Part shown: in pieces, positions 1 to 11,525 of the stretch
How positions within the stretch are numbered: the first letter of the stretch is position 1
Layout: every line of letters starts with the position of its first letter
NCBI GenBank assembly: GCA_000091205.1
Contig: AP006496.2
Origin: Cyanidioschyzon merolae
Lineage: Eukaryota
DNA: 64,000 bases
Direction: 5' to 3' (one strand)
Position numbers and translations under genes: made by a program
The notes under the pieces: model-generated
What the model saw: the letters and a program-made list of their open reading frames with translations, nothing else
Told to the model about the DNA's origin: nothing
Databases searched by the model: none

Positions 1-190
1 GCAACGCGAAGAGACGCGGCTTGTTCTGGCGATCGCAGTAGCGGACCTGATCCAGAGTGGCCTCGAAACGCCCTGGAGCCTATTCGCTAGCATTACTGCA
101 CTTGCGTGGGCATCGTTTTGTTGTTGGTATGCTCCGGAGCGCGAGGCGAATAAGGGCAAGAGGCGACTTGCCGCTAGACTGCTTCAGCGG

Positions 191-3100
191 ATGCTCTGCT
201 TGTTGGCGAATGACCAGGTTCACGGACGTGTCAACGGATGGGTACCGGTTGCGTCTGCTGAAGCAGCGCACTCGACTGCACCATCCGGCATCGGGGCATT
301 TGTAGAGAACGCGAGCACGACAATTACGTCCAGGATGGAAGAGCCTGGCGTCATGGTCGTGGACGACGTCGAGGCAAGCGCGGAATCCGCTTCGTTGAGA
401 GCGGTAACTGGCCAGCGGGTCGAGCACTCGGACGCTTTCGAAGAATCTTCCATTCCAGGGCAAGTTGAGTGGACCCAGATGCTACCGCCAACATGGTTTG
501 CGGACCTGTTGCGGCTCTTGAACAACGCCTTGGCGAGGCTGAGTCTCGGCGAGGAGACGCAGTCGGCTCCGTCGCTGTTCGCACCGTTGCAGGTATTGCT
601 CGAAACGGAGTGCTACGTACAAAAGCTTGTCCGAGGATATCCAGTAGAAACAGCGATGCTTTGGCAATACTTGGTGAACTGTTTGCTTCAGGTTAGGCAG
701 CAGAATTTGCAGTGCCTTTTGCTGCGCTTGATGGATGCACTGCTGCAGCGTACAGCGCGAGGCCAGTGGCCACCAGTGCTCGTGCAGGCCCTCGTGCGCT
801 GCCTTCTCGTGTCATCGCCTCGGGCTTGGAAAGCTGATGCGAAGCTTCGAGTTGCAAAGCGTCGACCCGAACCGGAAGGCCCGGTCCAGCAAGCTGCACT
901 CCAGTTGTTGTTGCAGCTTGCGGAGCGCCTGGGAAACGAGCTGGCAATCGACGAGTCGTGTGTTATCGACCAGTGCATGGACGTAAGCGCAAGCGCGTCT
1001 CTTCTGCCAAGCTACGCTCAAGAGCAGCATGCAGCAGTGCCTGCAGAGACGCGGAAAGCGATGCATGCTCAGTCGCTTGCCGGGACGTCCTCGGAGTCCA
1101 GCCCGACGCAAGGCGTTCCAATGGATACCGCAGCGACTGCTCGCGTTACCGGCAGAGGCGCTTTAGCGGAACCCGCAGAAGCTGGGCTCGTCTTTCGGCA
1201 AGGCACTGCCGTACAAGTCCCAGGAGAGGCCGTCCCATGCACATTGCAGCAGGCAGCACTGGTACTCCTGGAGGCACTGCTGATGCTCATGGCACGCAAA
1301 CGTATCCAAGAGGCAACGCGGTGGACGCTGCTGGACAGTTTCCACAGCGTCTGTGTGCGTCTGCAGCATCGGCTGCTTCCCGAACAATGGGAAAGGCTCC
1401 TGGTACTGCTCGTGCAACTCTTTGAGCGTGCAGAATTGTTCCCGCTGGCGAGTCGAATGCGCTGGGAACTCGCTCGTCGTCTGGTGACACTCTGCGACCA
1501 TATTCCCGACCCGAGCTTGCGAGCACGCGTAGGCCCTGTAGCGAGCCTGTTGGAGCGCTTGAATCGCATATCGCCCACAAGCATCGGACAGATAGACTGG
1601 GACAGTGTTCTGGGTGCGTACGCAGAGCGCTTTGATGAGCACCATGACGCCGACTGGCGTCTCCTGGTGCCACACCTCATGGCAGGCATGCAGTTCACAG
1701 ATGCAGCTATTCGTAGCGCTGCAAGCGAGGCACTGATCAAACTGGTTGGTAGCGCTGTATCAACACCAAGGACATGTAGCGGGACAGAGAGCACCAGCGT
1801 CGCCGCTCCTGCAACACGAATAGCGTCAGCGACACCTGGAGAGGCACAAGCCCCGACAAAAGCTACCCGGCAAGTGCCCTGTGCAAGCGAGGCATCCCGG
1901 GTTGTCTTGGCGTCAGGTGTCGCGACGTCGCCGAGAGCGCTGGTGTCGCCCGTTGCAAGTCGCTTGCGGAAACGAGCGCTCACGACGCAATCTATCAGGC
2001 AGCTGGACACCATACTGAAGACCTACGGCCAACTGGTCCGTCTCGCTACACCGGGACTCGACCCGGTGTGGCTCGATGGCCTGCGTCCGCTCACCGAAGC
2101 CGTCGACGAGTCCGAAGACGTGTTCCAGTGCCTGGTTCACCAGCAACTGGCTACGCGTATCCGCGCATGCAGACTCCTCGATCAAGTCCTGGCAACGGGC
2201 AGTATTCCGGTGCTTGTGCGGAAAGCATTCCTGGTACCACTCGTTGAAAAATTGATCGGATTAGCGAGTACGTCAAGTCGTGTGCATTCCGAAATAGAGC
2301 AACTACAGACGAGCTGGTTGGCGAGCGCTCAGGCGCTATTGGCGGAGCGCCTCCTGGCATCGCTGCCGTCAAGCTGGTGTTGGCAACGCTTTGCGCTGCA
2401 TCTTCATCGTTTCGAACGACTAGCATCCAGCCAGAGGAGCGCAAGCACTCGTGAAGATGCCCATTCAGACGCGCGTATGTCCGCGAATGCACGACGACTC
2501 GGGCAAGCGCAGGTATTGGTGGTCTATGCCCGAGCGCTCGCTGCGCTGCCGAGTATACCGCAGGAGGTATCGGAAGCGCAGCAAATAGATCAAGCACCGG
2601 ATACACAACACGCACCGATTATGGTGCAAAACGAGCATCGAACAGTGTCACCAGAGACACAAAAATCGGGGAATGCTCCCGAGCAGCTGCTCGAGCGACT
2701 GGATGCACTCCTGGTGGCGACAAGTCTCCGTGACACCGCAGCAGTCGAGGCAGACTGCCCAGCGAGTGATCGGCACCTGGAACGAATCGTTTGGGAAATC
2801 GTGCTGCGCCTTCTCCAAGCGCTTCCGAGGCAGCAGCAGCAGCAGCGTGCAGTCTGGGTACCGCGTCTCGTTACCCGCTGGATACGTACGCTCGGTTTAC
2901 GCAACCAGCAACGGCGAGACGACGCACGCGAAGCGCTTCAGTTGTTGCTGCGGATTCTGGGACCTGAATGGCTCTGGTGCATCGCTCGCCAGTTAACGGA
3001 GACGGTGCAGGTATCCGCATCGAGAAAAGCGCTGCAGCATTCGGAAGGCACTTGGCGACTTCACGTCTGGGCGTACACGTTGCACATGTTGCTGCAGACA

Positions 3101-3400
3101 ACGCTGGAGTGTGATGCGTACCCCACTTGGCATCTGGATCTGGATACGCTCCAACGTGTACTCGGACTAGTGTTGCTGGTGGAGTTTCGGGATCCCGTTC
3201 TCGAAGCAGAGAAGCGCGTATCCAAGCTCTATGCGGATATCCGCGAGGTTCATGTACACAGCGCGGAGCGTTGTCTCACGCTGCTGGGTCGAGTATGGCC
3301 GATGGATCGGCTAGCGAACATGGTGCTTGCGTTGGAGCTCTTTGTGCGGGCGTTTCGTGAACGACTCGCGTTTGATACCAGTGGGTCGACGACGACGACG

Positions 3401-3466
<66 letters not shown>

Positions 3467-3692
3467 GGCGTGCCCAGCAGTGCCGAGCGGTATCGTGCTG
3501 CCTCTATAGCGGAACGCGAGCAATGGCGCCGTCTCCTGCACGCTTTTGTGGACGGCATCCATCGACAGGAACTGCATGCAGTTGCACCTGAGGATGCCGA
3601 GACAGCAGTCGCATCCCAAGCACTTGTTCTGCGATATTTGCTGACGAAGCCGTCCCCTCGGATGCGTACGGATCCGGGAGCTGATACTGTTA

Positions 3693-3738
<46 letters not shown>

Positions 3739-6706
3739 AGAAAAGACGCCTCGAATGACGACTGGGTCTGGCACCTCTGAAACGATCGGCTTTAGGGATA
3801 CCATGCGGGAAAGCGCGCACTTGTCTGTGAGGAATCGAACGAGTGCTGGACGTACGCAAGTCGCGGCGAGCAAGGACGCACAGTCACCATCTGGAGAGCG
3901 TCACATACAAAAAACGCCTTTATCGATCGATCAAGCGAGATCCAAACACCAGTACGTAAGAGAGAACGTTCCACCTGAGCACCGGAGCCGACAGGCGCTG
4001 CAAGGAGAACGGAAAGCGCGCCTAACCGCTGATCACCACAGAGACAAGAACGCAACAACGGAGAGCAGCGCTCGAGCGGATGCGCTGGGCCTTGGAATAC
4101 TCGACGCCGGGCAACTAGCCATTGTAGAACAAGTGCAGCAGCTGAGCCCCGAACTTGAGACATTTCGCCAAACGAGACGCTCCGAGGCCGCTATTCTCGT
4201 CGAAGTTGCGCTGTACTGGGCCTGGCATTGGCGACTGCTGCGGGAACAGCGTCCGTCGTGTGGCGCGACAACCAGACGCTCTAGCTCGCCTCGTGTGGAT
4301 GTCACTCGTAGGCAGCGGACTGCATCGGAAGAGGCGCACGAGGCGGTGGAGCTAGACGGAACGGCACCGGGGAACGCCAGCCTATCCGTCGAGGCCTCCG
4401 AGGCATCCTTACCGGGGCGCTCACCAGAAGAGGTTGCATGGCAACGTGCCCGACTTGTTGTGTGGCGCCTGCTGGTGGAGCCTCTGGTGCTCGAGACGCT
4501 TCGAGCACGTCACGATGAACTGGTGATTCGTTCCCTGCAGTTGCTGGAACGTTTGTGGCGCGCTCCGCATCTGGTCCAAGACAAGAGCATTCGCGTACAC
4601 CTCAAGAGGCTTGCGCCGACTCTCGAGGAACTCTTGGAGCGGCAGATCGTCTCGAGTAGTGCAGAGCAAGCGGGTGCGGCGCTCCCATGCTCGAACTCGG
4701 TTTGGCGTTCGCATGCATTGCCGGCTTCTGGTACTGCCTCGAACCGCGACCTCTTTACGACGTTGTTGCGCGTCATGGCAACACTCGTGACGCTTCCCGC
4801 TCCGCTACCCACGATCATGGGCGTGCGGAAACGCTCGCAACAGTTGCTCACCAAGGCGGCTGCCAGTGCGCTCACCCTGGACAGTTCTCCGAGTCGTCTG
4901 TCGGCGGGGATGACGGTGTTTCGATTGGCGTTACGTGCTGCTCCCGAAACGAATGCCGCATCGACTGCGGTGGACTGGTGCACCCGGTCAACGCTGTGGC
5001 CCCTGGTCGAGCGTCTGAGCCAACTGTTGATCCAGCGCTCCGATGCAACGCTGCGAGATCAGTGCATCTCGCTTCTGGTGCGTTACTGCTGGAATCGTCG
5101 AACCAGCGAGACAGAAAGGCAGCGTCTCTTGGACCTGATGGTGCAGCATCTAGACTATACGTACGAGGACGGTCGCGTCGCCTGCTTGCTCTTCTTGCAG
5201 CGGCTTGTAGAATCCGCACGAACTAGCAGTAACGGCAGCAGCAGCGCTGATGATCACGCTCGCCTAGAGTCGACTGCGTCGAACGTTGCACTCGGTGAGT
5301 ACCTGCTCGCGCCGCTGGCGGTGCGTTTGGTGAATGAGCACGGAAGCGAAGCATACCAGGTGCTGAGGGCATGTGTACGGGCGCTCTTCGAGCCATTGCC
5401 GTCCAGTTCGACAGGCACGGGTGTTGAACGACCTGTCGCTTTGACACCGGGAGCGCGTTCGCTCCAGCAACTGGTAGCACGCTGGCTGGAACCGGGACAC
5501 GAGCCCGGTGTGCGACTAGCTGCCGCCCTGGTGTTCACATTGGTTCCGGCTGGTTCGCCTCGGGAGCTGGTGACGCTCCTGTTTGAAGCCATGGAGCCCT
5601 TCATCCGGGGGAATGCGTCCGCAGAGCGCGACGACTCGACCCCGGCGACAGCGCGGGCGATGCGGCACAAGGAACCAGCACACGAGGCGCTTCCACTGAG
5701 CGCTTCGTACTCTGAGTACGAGGAGCAGGGCGAAACGCTTGCCAACAACGCGGCTGCCGACGTACACCGGGGCATCTCGCGTTGGTGCCTAGCCTATGCC
5801 GCGAGTCGTGCTCTGGAGCAGACGCTGCAGCCGGAACACGTGCAGTGCTCGCCCTGGACGAAGGCGGACGCAACCAGACTCGTGGATGCGTTGGCGTTTG
5901 GGCTTCCCCAAACCGATCGGGTCAGTTTGTTGCTGCATCCGCATCCATGGGTGCGGGCCTCGCTTACCCGCCTAATGGAACTCATGTGGCAACGCGAACA
6001 GCATCCGCAAGAGCGAGCGTCTGCTCCCGAATGGAGTCCAGCACATGTGAGTGCTATTGCCGCGGCGCTCTGTCGACAGCTGAGCGCCTTCCAGGGACGC
6101 AATACCGAAGCAACTGCGGTCATAGAGCGACTCCTGATCGCGATGGCACTTGTGCTGGGCCAGGAGGCGGGTTCCAGTTGGCGCTGGCTATTGCGGCGCT
6201 TGTCGGGACTTGCTTCTCGGGCTCGAGAGCAGACCAGCACACGTCGAGTGGCGCTTCGCGTTCTCGAGCAGCTGCTCCGGAAACACACCGGTGCTGCGAG
6301 CACGACGGAATCACGGGCTGCACAGTCTACTGAGCATCAGCGTGAGTCTCGCGAAAAGCCAGGTCAATTAGCATGGTCTCGGGCGATAGAGCCGTTCCTC
6401 GCTGCCTGGATATTTCCCGTGTATCGCCTGGATCGGCTGCGGGCAAACGCGGAAAACGCTCATTTGGATGCTGAACTAGAGGCCTCAGCCGAGCGCATTC
6501 GTTCTGAACTTGAGCAACCGGATCGACTCGGTGCGGTGCGCTTCTGGGAGGTCTACCACCGTGTGACTGCTCGCGATCGCCAAGAGCGAGCTGCACGCCT
6601 CGCGGAACGAAAGCGCTTGGCGCTTGTCGATAGCGTGGAAGCTGCGCAAAGGAAACGTCGACGGCATGGTGCTTCGCGAACAGCGCGGACTTTGGAGAAG
6701 GTATAG
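191..6706 (+). CDS. Large (2171 aa) HEAT/ARM-like repeat protein of unknown function. Start codon uncertain and the window may not contain the true 5' end. Contains in-frame poly-Thr and Thr/Ala runs.
   Basis: Single uninterrupted 6.5-kb ORF in a GC-rich coding-like context. Repeated amphipathic Leu-rich helical segments (for example LLQLLLQLAERLG and HPHPWVRASLTRLMEL) typical of HEAT/ARM solenoids. Basic C-terminus (AAQRKRRRHG). No catalytic motif recognised. Product family (possibly a UTP20/UTP10-like ribosome-biogenesis scaffold) is a guess. Confidence 0.55.
3388..3466 (+). repeat. (ACG/ACA)n trinucleotide microsatellite, in-frame, encoding about 26 consecutive Thr in the giant ORF
   Basis: gacgacgacgacgacaacgacaacgacaacg... 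read directly. The six-frame track shows a TTTT... run at this position. Confidence 0.9.
3688..3738 (+). repeat. (ACT)6(GCT)11 compound microsatellite encoding T6A11 in the giant ORF
   Basis: tactactactactactactgctgctgctgct... read directly. Confidence 0.9.
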
Positions 6707-7366
6707 AAGAAATCGAATGCCCAGTCGGATGGCGTGCAGTACTTCTGGTACGGTTGAGGGGATACCGGGCTTCCGTGCTTGGCGGAACAGGGCGCGTCGC
6801 TGCCTCTAGACACAGGCATCGGCGCTGGGGATAAAGGTCAGACCGGATAGGGTTTGTTTTCGTTTTTGAAGAGAGCGCGCTGCATCCGAGCGTCTAGGAA
6901 ACGCCCTCGTGTGACGCAGCATGCTACTCGACAGCAGCGAACTGACGCCGCTGGCAAAGTCCGCTGGTGAGCTCCACTTGCCTTGGCTGGACGCTGATCG
7001 CTCTACCAAAGGGCATGATGTCGCTGTATGTGGATAGCATGTTGGGCGCTCGGCAGTTTCTTGACTAGCGAGAACGAGATATTCAGCTCGGACATGAAGC
7101 AAGTGCGCACTTTGTGTGAATGCTTTATACCAGAGGAAACTTGCTCGTTGAAAGCTAGAAAGTTGGACGCGGACACGCCGCTGAACACCAGTTGAGCACG
7201 ACTCTGGTTTGAACGTGTTCGCTACAAAGCGCACAGGTGCTCGCGCGTCTGGCTGAGAGGCATTTTGCCGTGACGCTGTAGTTGGTCTAGTCATCCGGTG
7301 CTGCACCGTTCATTGTGACGCGCCCATGACCCTACACACACGGACATGTATATATGTGTATCCGGT

Positions 7367-8461
7367 TCATGCTGCCGAGGTATCCGACGGGTCCAGGGTC
7401 CACGAGGTGCCTCCGGATACCACCGCCTGTTCCCGCGTTCGCGTACTTTGCACCGAGTCATTGCCATCGGGCAAAGAATCTGGTGACGTGCTTCGTTCAC
7501 AATTGACCTGTGAACCTGTCGCATTCAAGCACGCGACCTCTGCCCGAGACGCAGCTGGCGAACGTTTGCGTTGGGGAAGCACCTCGTTCAGCGCCTGGGA
7601 CCACGACTGACCTGCAGCCACTCGAGCGAGTGCCTCGAACGCATGGCAAGTAGTGAGCACCGGAGAGCCTCGCCACGAAGGTAACAGCTCCAGCGGGAGA
7701 CGGCGAGCTGGCAATCCCAGTGTCTGCGCTCGCTCGAGCATCAGTCCTTTCAGGCGGTTGCGATCTACGATGCCGCCCAGGATGTAGAGCGTATTCGGTT
7801 CTACCTGCATGAGCGTCTGCGTTGCATCGGCTGTAAGAACCACTGCGTCGATAGCACCAGCGGTTTCAGCGAGATACGAGGCCAAGTCGCTGCTGGTCCA
7901 GGTGATGCTGGGCCAACGCAGTGCCTCTTCACCGAAGACCTGGCTCCGGATATCAAGCGCTCGCGTATCTAGTCCGCAAATCGTCACTTGGAAGGTACAT
8001 ATGTGTTCCTGTTTCCGCAACAGGGCTTCACGTACGAGTCGTCTGTTCACAACGTACATTTGACGAAGTTGGATGATGCTCTTGCGCAGTTCTTTGGAGG
8101 TGAGCAATGCGCTCGCTCCCAGATCAACGATGCAGTGAAAGCGTCGAGATATTTGCTGAGAATGTGTGCATTGGAGATAGTCTCGTATCAGGCGTTCGAG
8201 ACCTCTTGTTGAGGCATCTGTTACATGAGTTTCACCAGATTGTCGTTCGCCTGTTGTGTCGAGTCCCGCGAGCGTCTGTGAGGTCTCCAGTTGACGCCGC
8301 TGACGCCTCCGCTGCTTCGCTGCTGTTCGGCGCTCCGCTCGCCTCGCAAGGTACAGCTCGTGTCGAAGACGACGCTTTCTTGCTTTCTTTGACTCTGGTA
8401 TTGAGGCTGAAGGTGTCCGATCCGATTCGAGGTCCGGAACACGAGCCCCTGGAACTGACAT
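7367..8461 (-). CDS. TRM10: tRNA (guanine9-N1)-methyltransferase Trm10/TRMT10 (SPOUT family)
   Basis: The segment VVLTADATQTLMQVEPNTLYILGGIVDRNRLKGLMLERAQTLGLPARRLPLELLP...VLTTCHAFEAL...LPQRKRS matches the Trm10 SPOUT core (IYLTSDSPN...YVIGGLVDHNHHKGL...AQLPL...VLAVNHVFEII...LPQRKG). Basic N-terminal extension. Confidence 0.85.
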   Translation of the reverse strand: MSVPGARVPDLESDRTPSASIPESKKARKRRLRHELYLARRAERRTAAKQRRRQRRQLETSQTLAGLDTTGERQSGETHVTDASTRGLERLIRDYLQCTHSQQISRRFHCIVDLGASALLTSKELRKSIIQLRQMYVVNRRLVREALLRKQEHICTFQVTICGLDTRALDIRSQVFGEEALRWPSITWTSSDLASYLAETAGAIDAVVLTADATQTLMQVEPNTLYILGGIVDRNRLKGLMLERAQTLGLPARRLPLELLPSWRGSPVLTTCHAFEALARVAAGQSWSQALNEVLPQRKRSPAASRAEVACLNATGSQVNCERSTSPDSLPDGNDSVQSTRTREQAVVSGGTSWTLDPSDTSAA

Positions 8462-9485
8462 GCACCAGAGCGCGGCTGCAGCCTTGCCGGTTGCTACGCA
8501 GATCGCTCGCTACGCTCGAGTGTCCGAGTGGTACTGCGCGCTTCGGGTCAGGTAGCTGCTGGGTGCACCCAGATAACGCGCAAAACGGGATCGCTGCACG
8601 ACAAGCAAAACCGGTTGCTTCCCAGGAACGCTGAACGACTCGGCAAACGAGTCTGGCGTTGGAGGCAGAGCGCGTTGCTCCCGACGATATCGTCGTTCGG
8701 TTCGTGCTTCGTGCGCCTGGTTCGAGTTCAAAGCAACACGAGTACCCGATGATACAAGCAAAGAGACGGAAGGTTCAGTCTTTCATCAAACGCAGTTTAC
8801 CTACAGTCCTGATGATTGCGTGTTCGCTTACACCGAAACGTATCCTGAACCAGGGAAAATGTCTGCTGGCTGGAGTGCTCGACCTCGGGGCGGCCTCTAC
8901 CAGCATGCGTCACACGTTGCCGCCCGTGTATTCCTGCAACCTAAATAAGGACGATGACGTAGATGGTGATACTTGCGAACCACTCTTAAAAGGCAAGTGA
9001 ATCACAGAGGCTTCGTAGATACCAAGAGCAGTTCGGGCTCTTTCGAGGAAACCGCCGAACGCTACCTGTGCAACATTTTGTATGCTACCGGAAACACCGG
9101 GGCGACTCGCTTGTCAGCTATGCAGCCTTTCCGCAGGAAAACGGGTACCGTGGGCCAGCCCTTCGTAGCGTGCGCACCACTTGGACGATTATGGTGTTGA
9201 TTCCGAATGTCCGTGTCAGTCGGGTCGCTGTGGTTTCTCGAATGCTGCATCTTGCGTCTTGCACGTATCAGAAAACTATCCCAGGCGACTTGCCCCAAAC
9301 AACCATAGATTCGTCTTTACCGAGAAATATCCCCGGCATCGGCTGAGCCAGCGAGAGTTCTTGTGAAAGCAACGAGCACTGCTAATCGTCTTGAGCAACA
9401 TGAACCGGTGTTGCAGTTCCAGACAACATGGTTTGCCCGAACAGATGCTTCGCAAACAGGTTTCCTCTGAATTCGAGATTCTCCG

Positions 9486-9730
9486 TCTATGCACCATTGT
9501 AGCCGATGCTTGATTATAACCTTGCAGCTTCGTTGCATGCCATGCACTCTGCTCTCTGTGATTCGTGTTTATGTACGTACCTTGTCGGTGCTTGATTCTA
9601 AGCTTGCATCTCCGTCGCAAGCAAGTTCCTTTTGCATTCTACGATTCCTGTTTATGCACTATTGCAGCCGGTGCGCGGTGATGCGCTCTGCACCCTTGTC
9701 GGAATGCACTGGGGCAGGTTCCCGAACACT
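9486..9730 (+). repeat. Imperfect tandem triplication of a unit of about 82 bp, immediately 5' of repeat family 1 copy 1
   Basis: Recurring blocks: gtctatgcaccattgtagccgatgcttgatt, gtttatgtacgtaccttgtcggtgcttgatt and gtttatgcactattgcagccggtgcgcggtgatg. Confidence 0.45.
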
Positions 9731-9794
9731 GGTGTACTCGTTGAAAATTGGGTCTCTTCCACTATCGATAACAGCAGCTGCTGCACGCTTTTTC

Positions 9795-10580
9795 TGTGAC
9801 TGCATCCTTTTCGACACCCTGATCCTCATTAGACCGGTCTCTGCTCACTCTCGCAGTCCTTTGACAAAAGTCGCCGGACGTTGTTGGCAGTGTTTGCGTC
9901 CCGATTTCAATGTGTTCGGCTATTGTCGACATAATCCACATACAGGCGAACGTTGCAAGCTACGCCTCGCTTGTCATTTTCATCTTCGATGCGTAGAGCA
10001 TCGGTGCACAGGGCGCAGCGATGATTCCTAACGACGATCAACTGCTCCCGTTCACCCATCACAAATTCCTCTTCCCGTTCCATGTCTTCTGGAGCATGAA
10101 CGCTTGTTTCTTCGCTCGGCGCATGCCGCTGACGCCTACGCAGGGTGCACCTCCGACGCCCATACCTTCGTTTCCGCGCCCGGCGCCGTACCCTACGATT
10201 CCAGGCCTCGTCTGGGCAATCCCTCGGGCGGGGACGCTGTCCGCTAGATGCACAGGCGCACGCTTCTCCACTCGATACGTAATTCGTGGAACGGGGTGTT
10301 GTCTGTGGAGAAACACGTGCCACAAGGCGAATCGACGCCGGGGAACAAGGCGCGGAATTGCGATCTGTCTACGCTCGCCTCGTGCAAGGCGCAGTCGCAC
10401 GCTGAAACGGAAGCGATCACTGTGATGACTCAACTGCGAATCAATGATCAGTCTGATGAAGTTGCTGTGGAATTCTGCTTTGCGAGATGCGTTGACTAGA
10501 AGGCGATTTGTCTTTTGAACGGAATCGATAATGTGCTGGGAAAATCCCAATCAACTTTCGGATTGAGCTTATGAACAGGC
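9795..10580 (+). repeat. Interspersed repeat family 1, copy 1 (about 785 bp core, with a degenerate extension of about 50 bp upstream to roughly 9745)
   Basis: More than 99% identical to 15155..15940. ORF-track proteins of 138, 134, 163 and 83 aa are duplicated with only single-residue differences (D/G, R/W, R/Q, P/L). Boundaries read from the sequence: gtgactgcatcc... to ...ggattgagcttatgaacagg. Confidence 0.9.
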
Positions 10581-11525
10581 CATCAAACGACGACGACGTG
10601 TTCTTTGACGCACCCGCCTGTCCAGTAGTGCGACTTGTTGCGCACACGACTTGCCGTGATAGATTGAAACGTTGAAGCATGCGTGAATCGCGCACGCTAC
10701 TCCTAAAGCAAGCAGCAGACTGGAACCTTGTTCTGTGAACAAAACAATACTATCGCTTATATTCCGAAATAGAGGTCGAGGGCATCGCGAATCACCTTGA
10801 TTCCGGTGAAATAACGAGTTCGAGGAGCAGCGCTTCGAAGGTGCCTTCGCGAAAAGACGTCCGGGATTCCTAACATCTCACGTGCGCTCCCATAAGCCTT
10901 CTGCTGCTCCACGTTCACATTTCGTCAATACATCTAAAATCAATTCAGAACAAAGTCTCAGTGCTCGAATCGATTGAGCATTTCCGCGTTACGCTTTCCC
11001 CAAGCGCCACTGCAGGCCAACGAGCGCTGCTGTGCCGTACGAGCCCGCAGCGTCGACAGCGGCGACGGTGTCGGGGCGCCCGACAACGCTGGCACTCGCC
11101 CCTTGCATCGGTATGCAAAGCGTACCTCAAGCAACGTCTACTTCGCATAGGTGCACTGCACTTGGGTTTTTGTAGCTTGCTGGATCTAGTTATTCCAGAG
11201 TAGCGCAGCGTGCGGCTGTTTGAGCGCGTTCCAGGCTTGGCAGCGTTCCGCGAAGCCCGAAGCAGAACGTCGCTAGTGGACGACGCGGCTGCGGCAGAGG
11301 CAGGTGCAGGCGCCCGGCGGAAAGCACACCAGTGTAGCAGCTATTGTGTGCGCTTACCCAGGTGAGTGCTGGTTGAGGTTTTAGGTTTGAGTGCGTCGGC
11401 TAGGTGCTCAGAGCATAACCTCTGAGACGCGAACGCGTAAGCGCCAGCTGCACGTGGAAACAGGGGACGTCTGCGGACAGCAGCCTGTGGCATTGCTTCC
11501 GTAGCCTAGGCCGGAGCCACATAGT

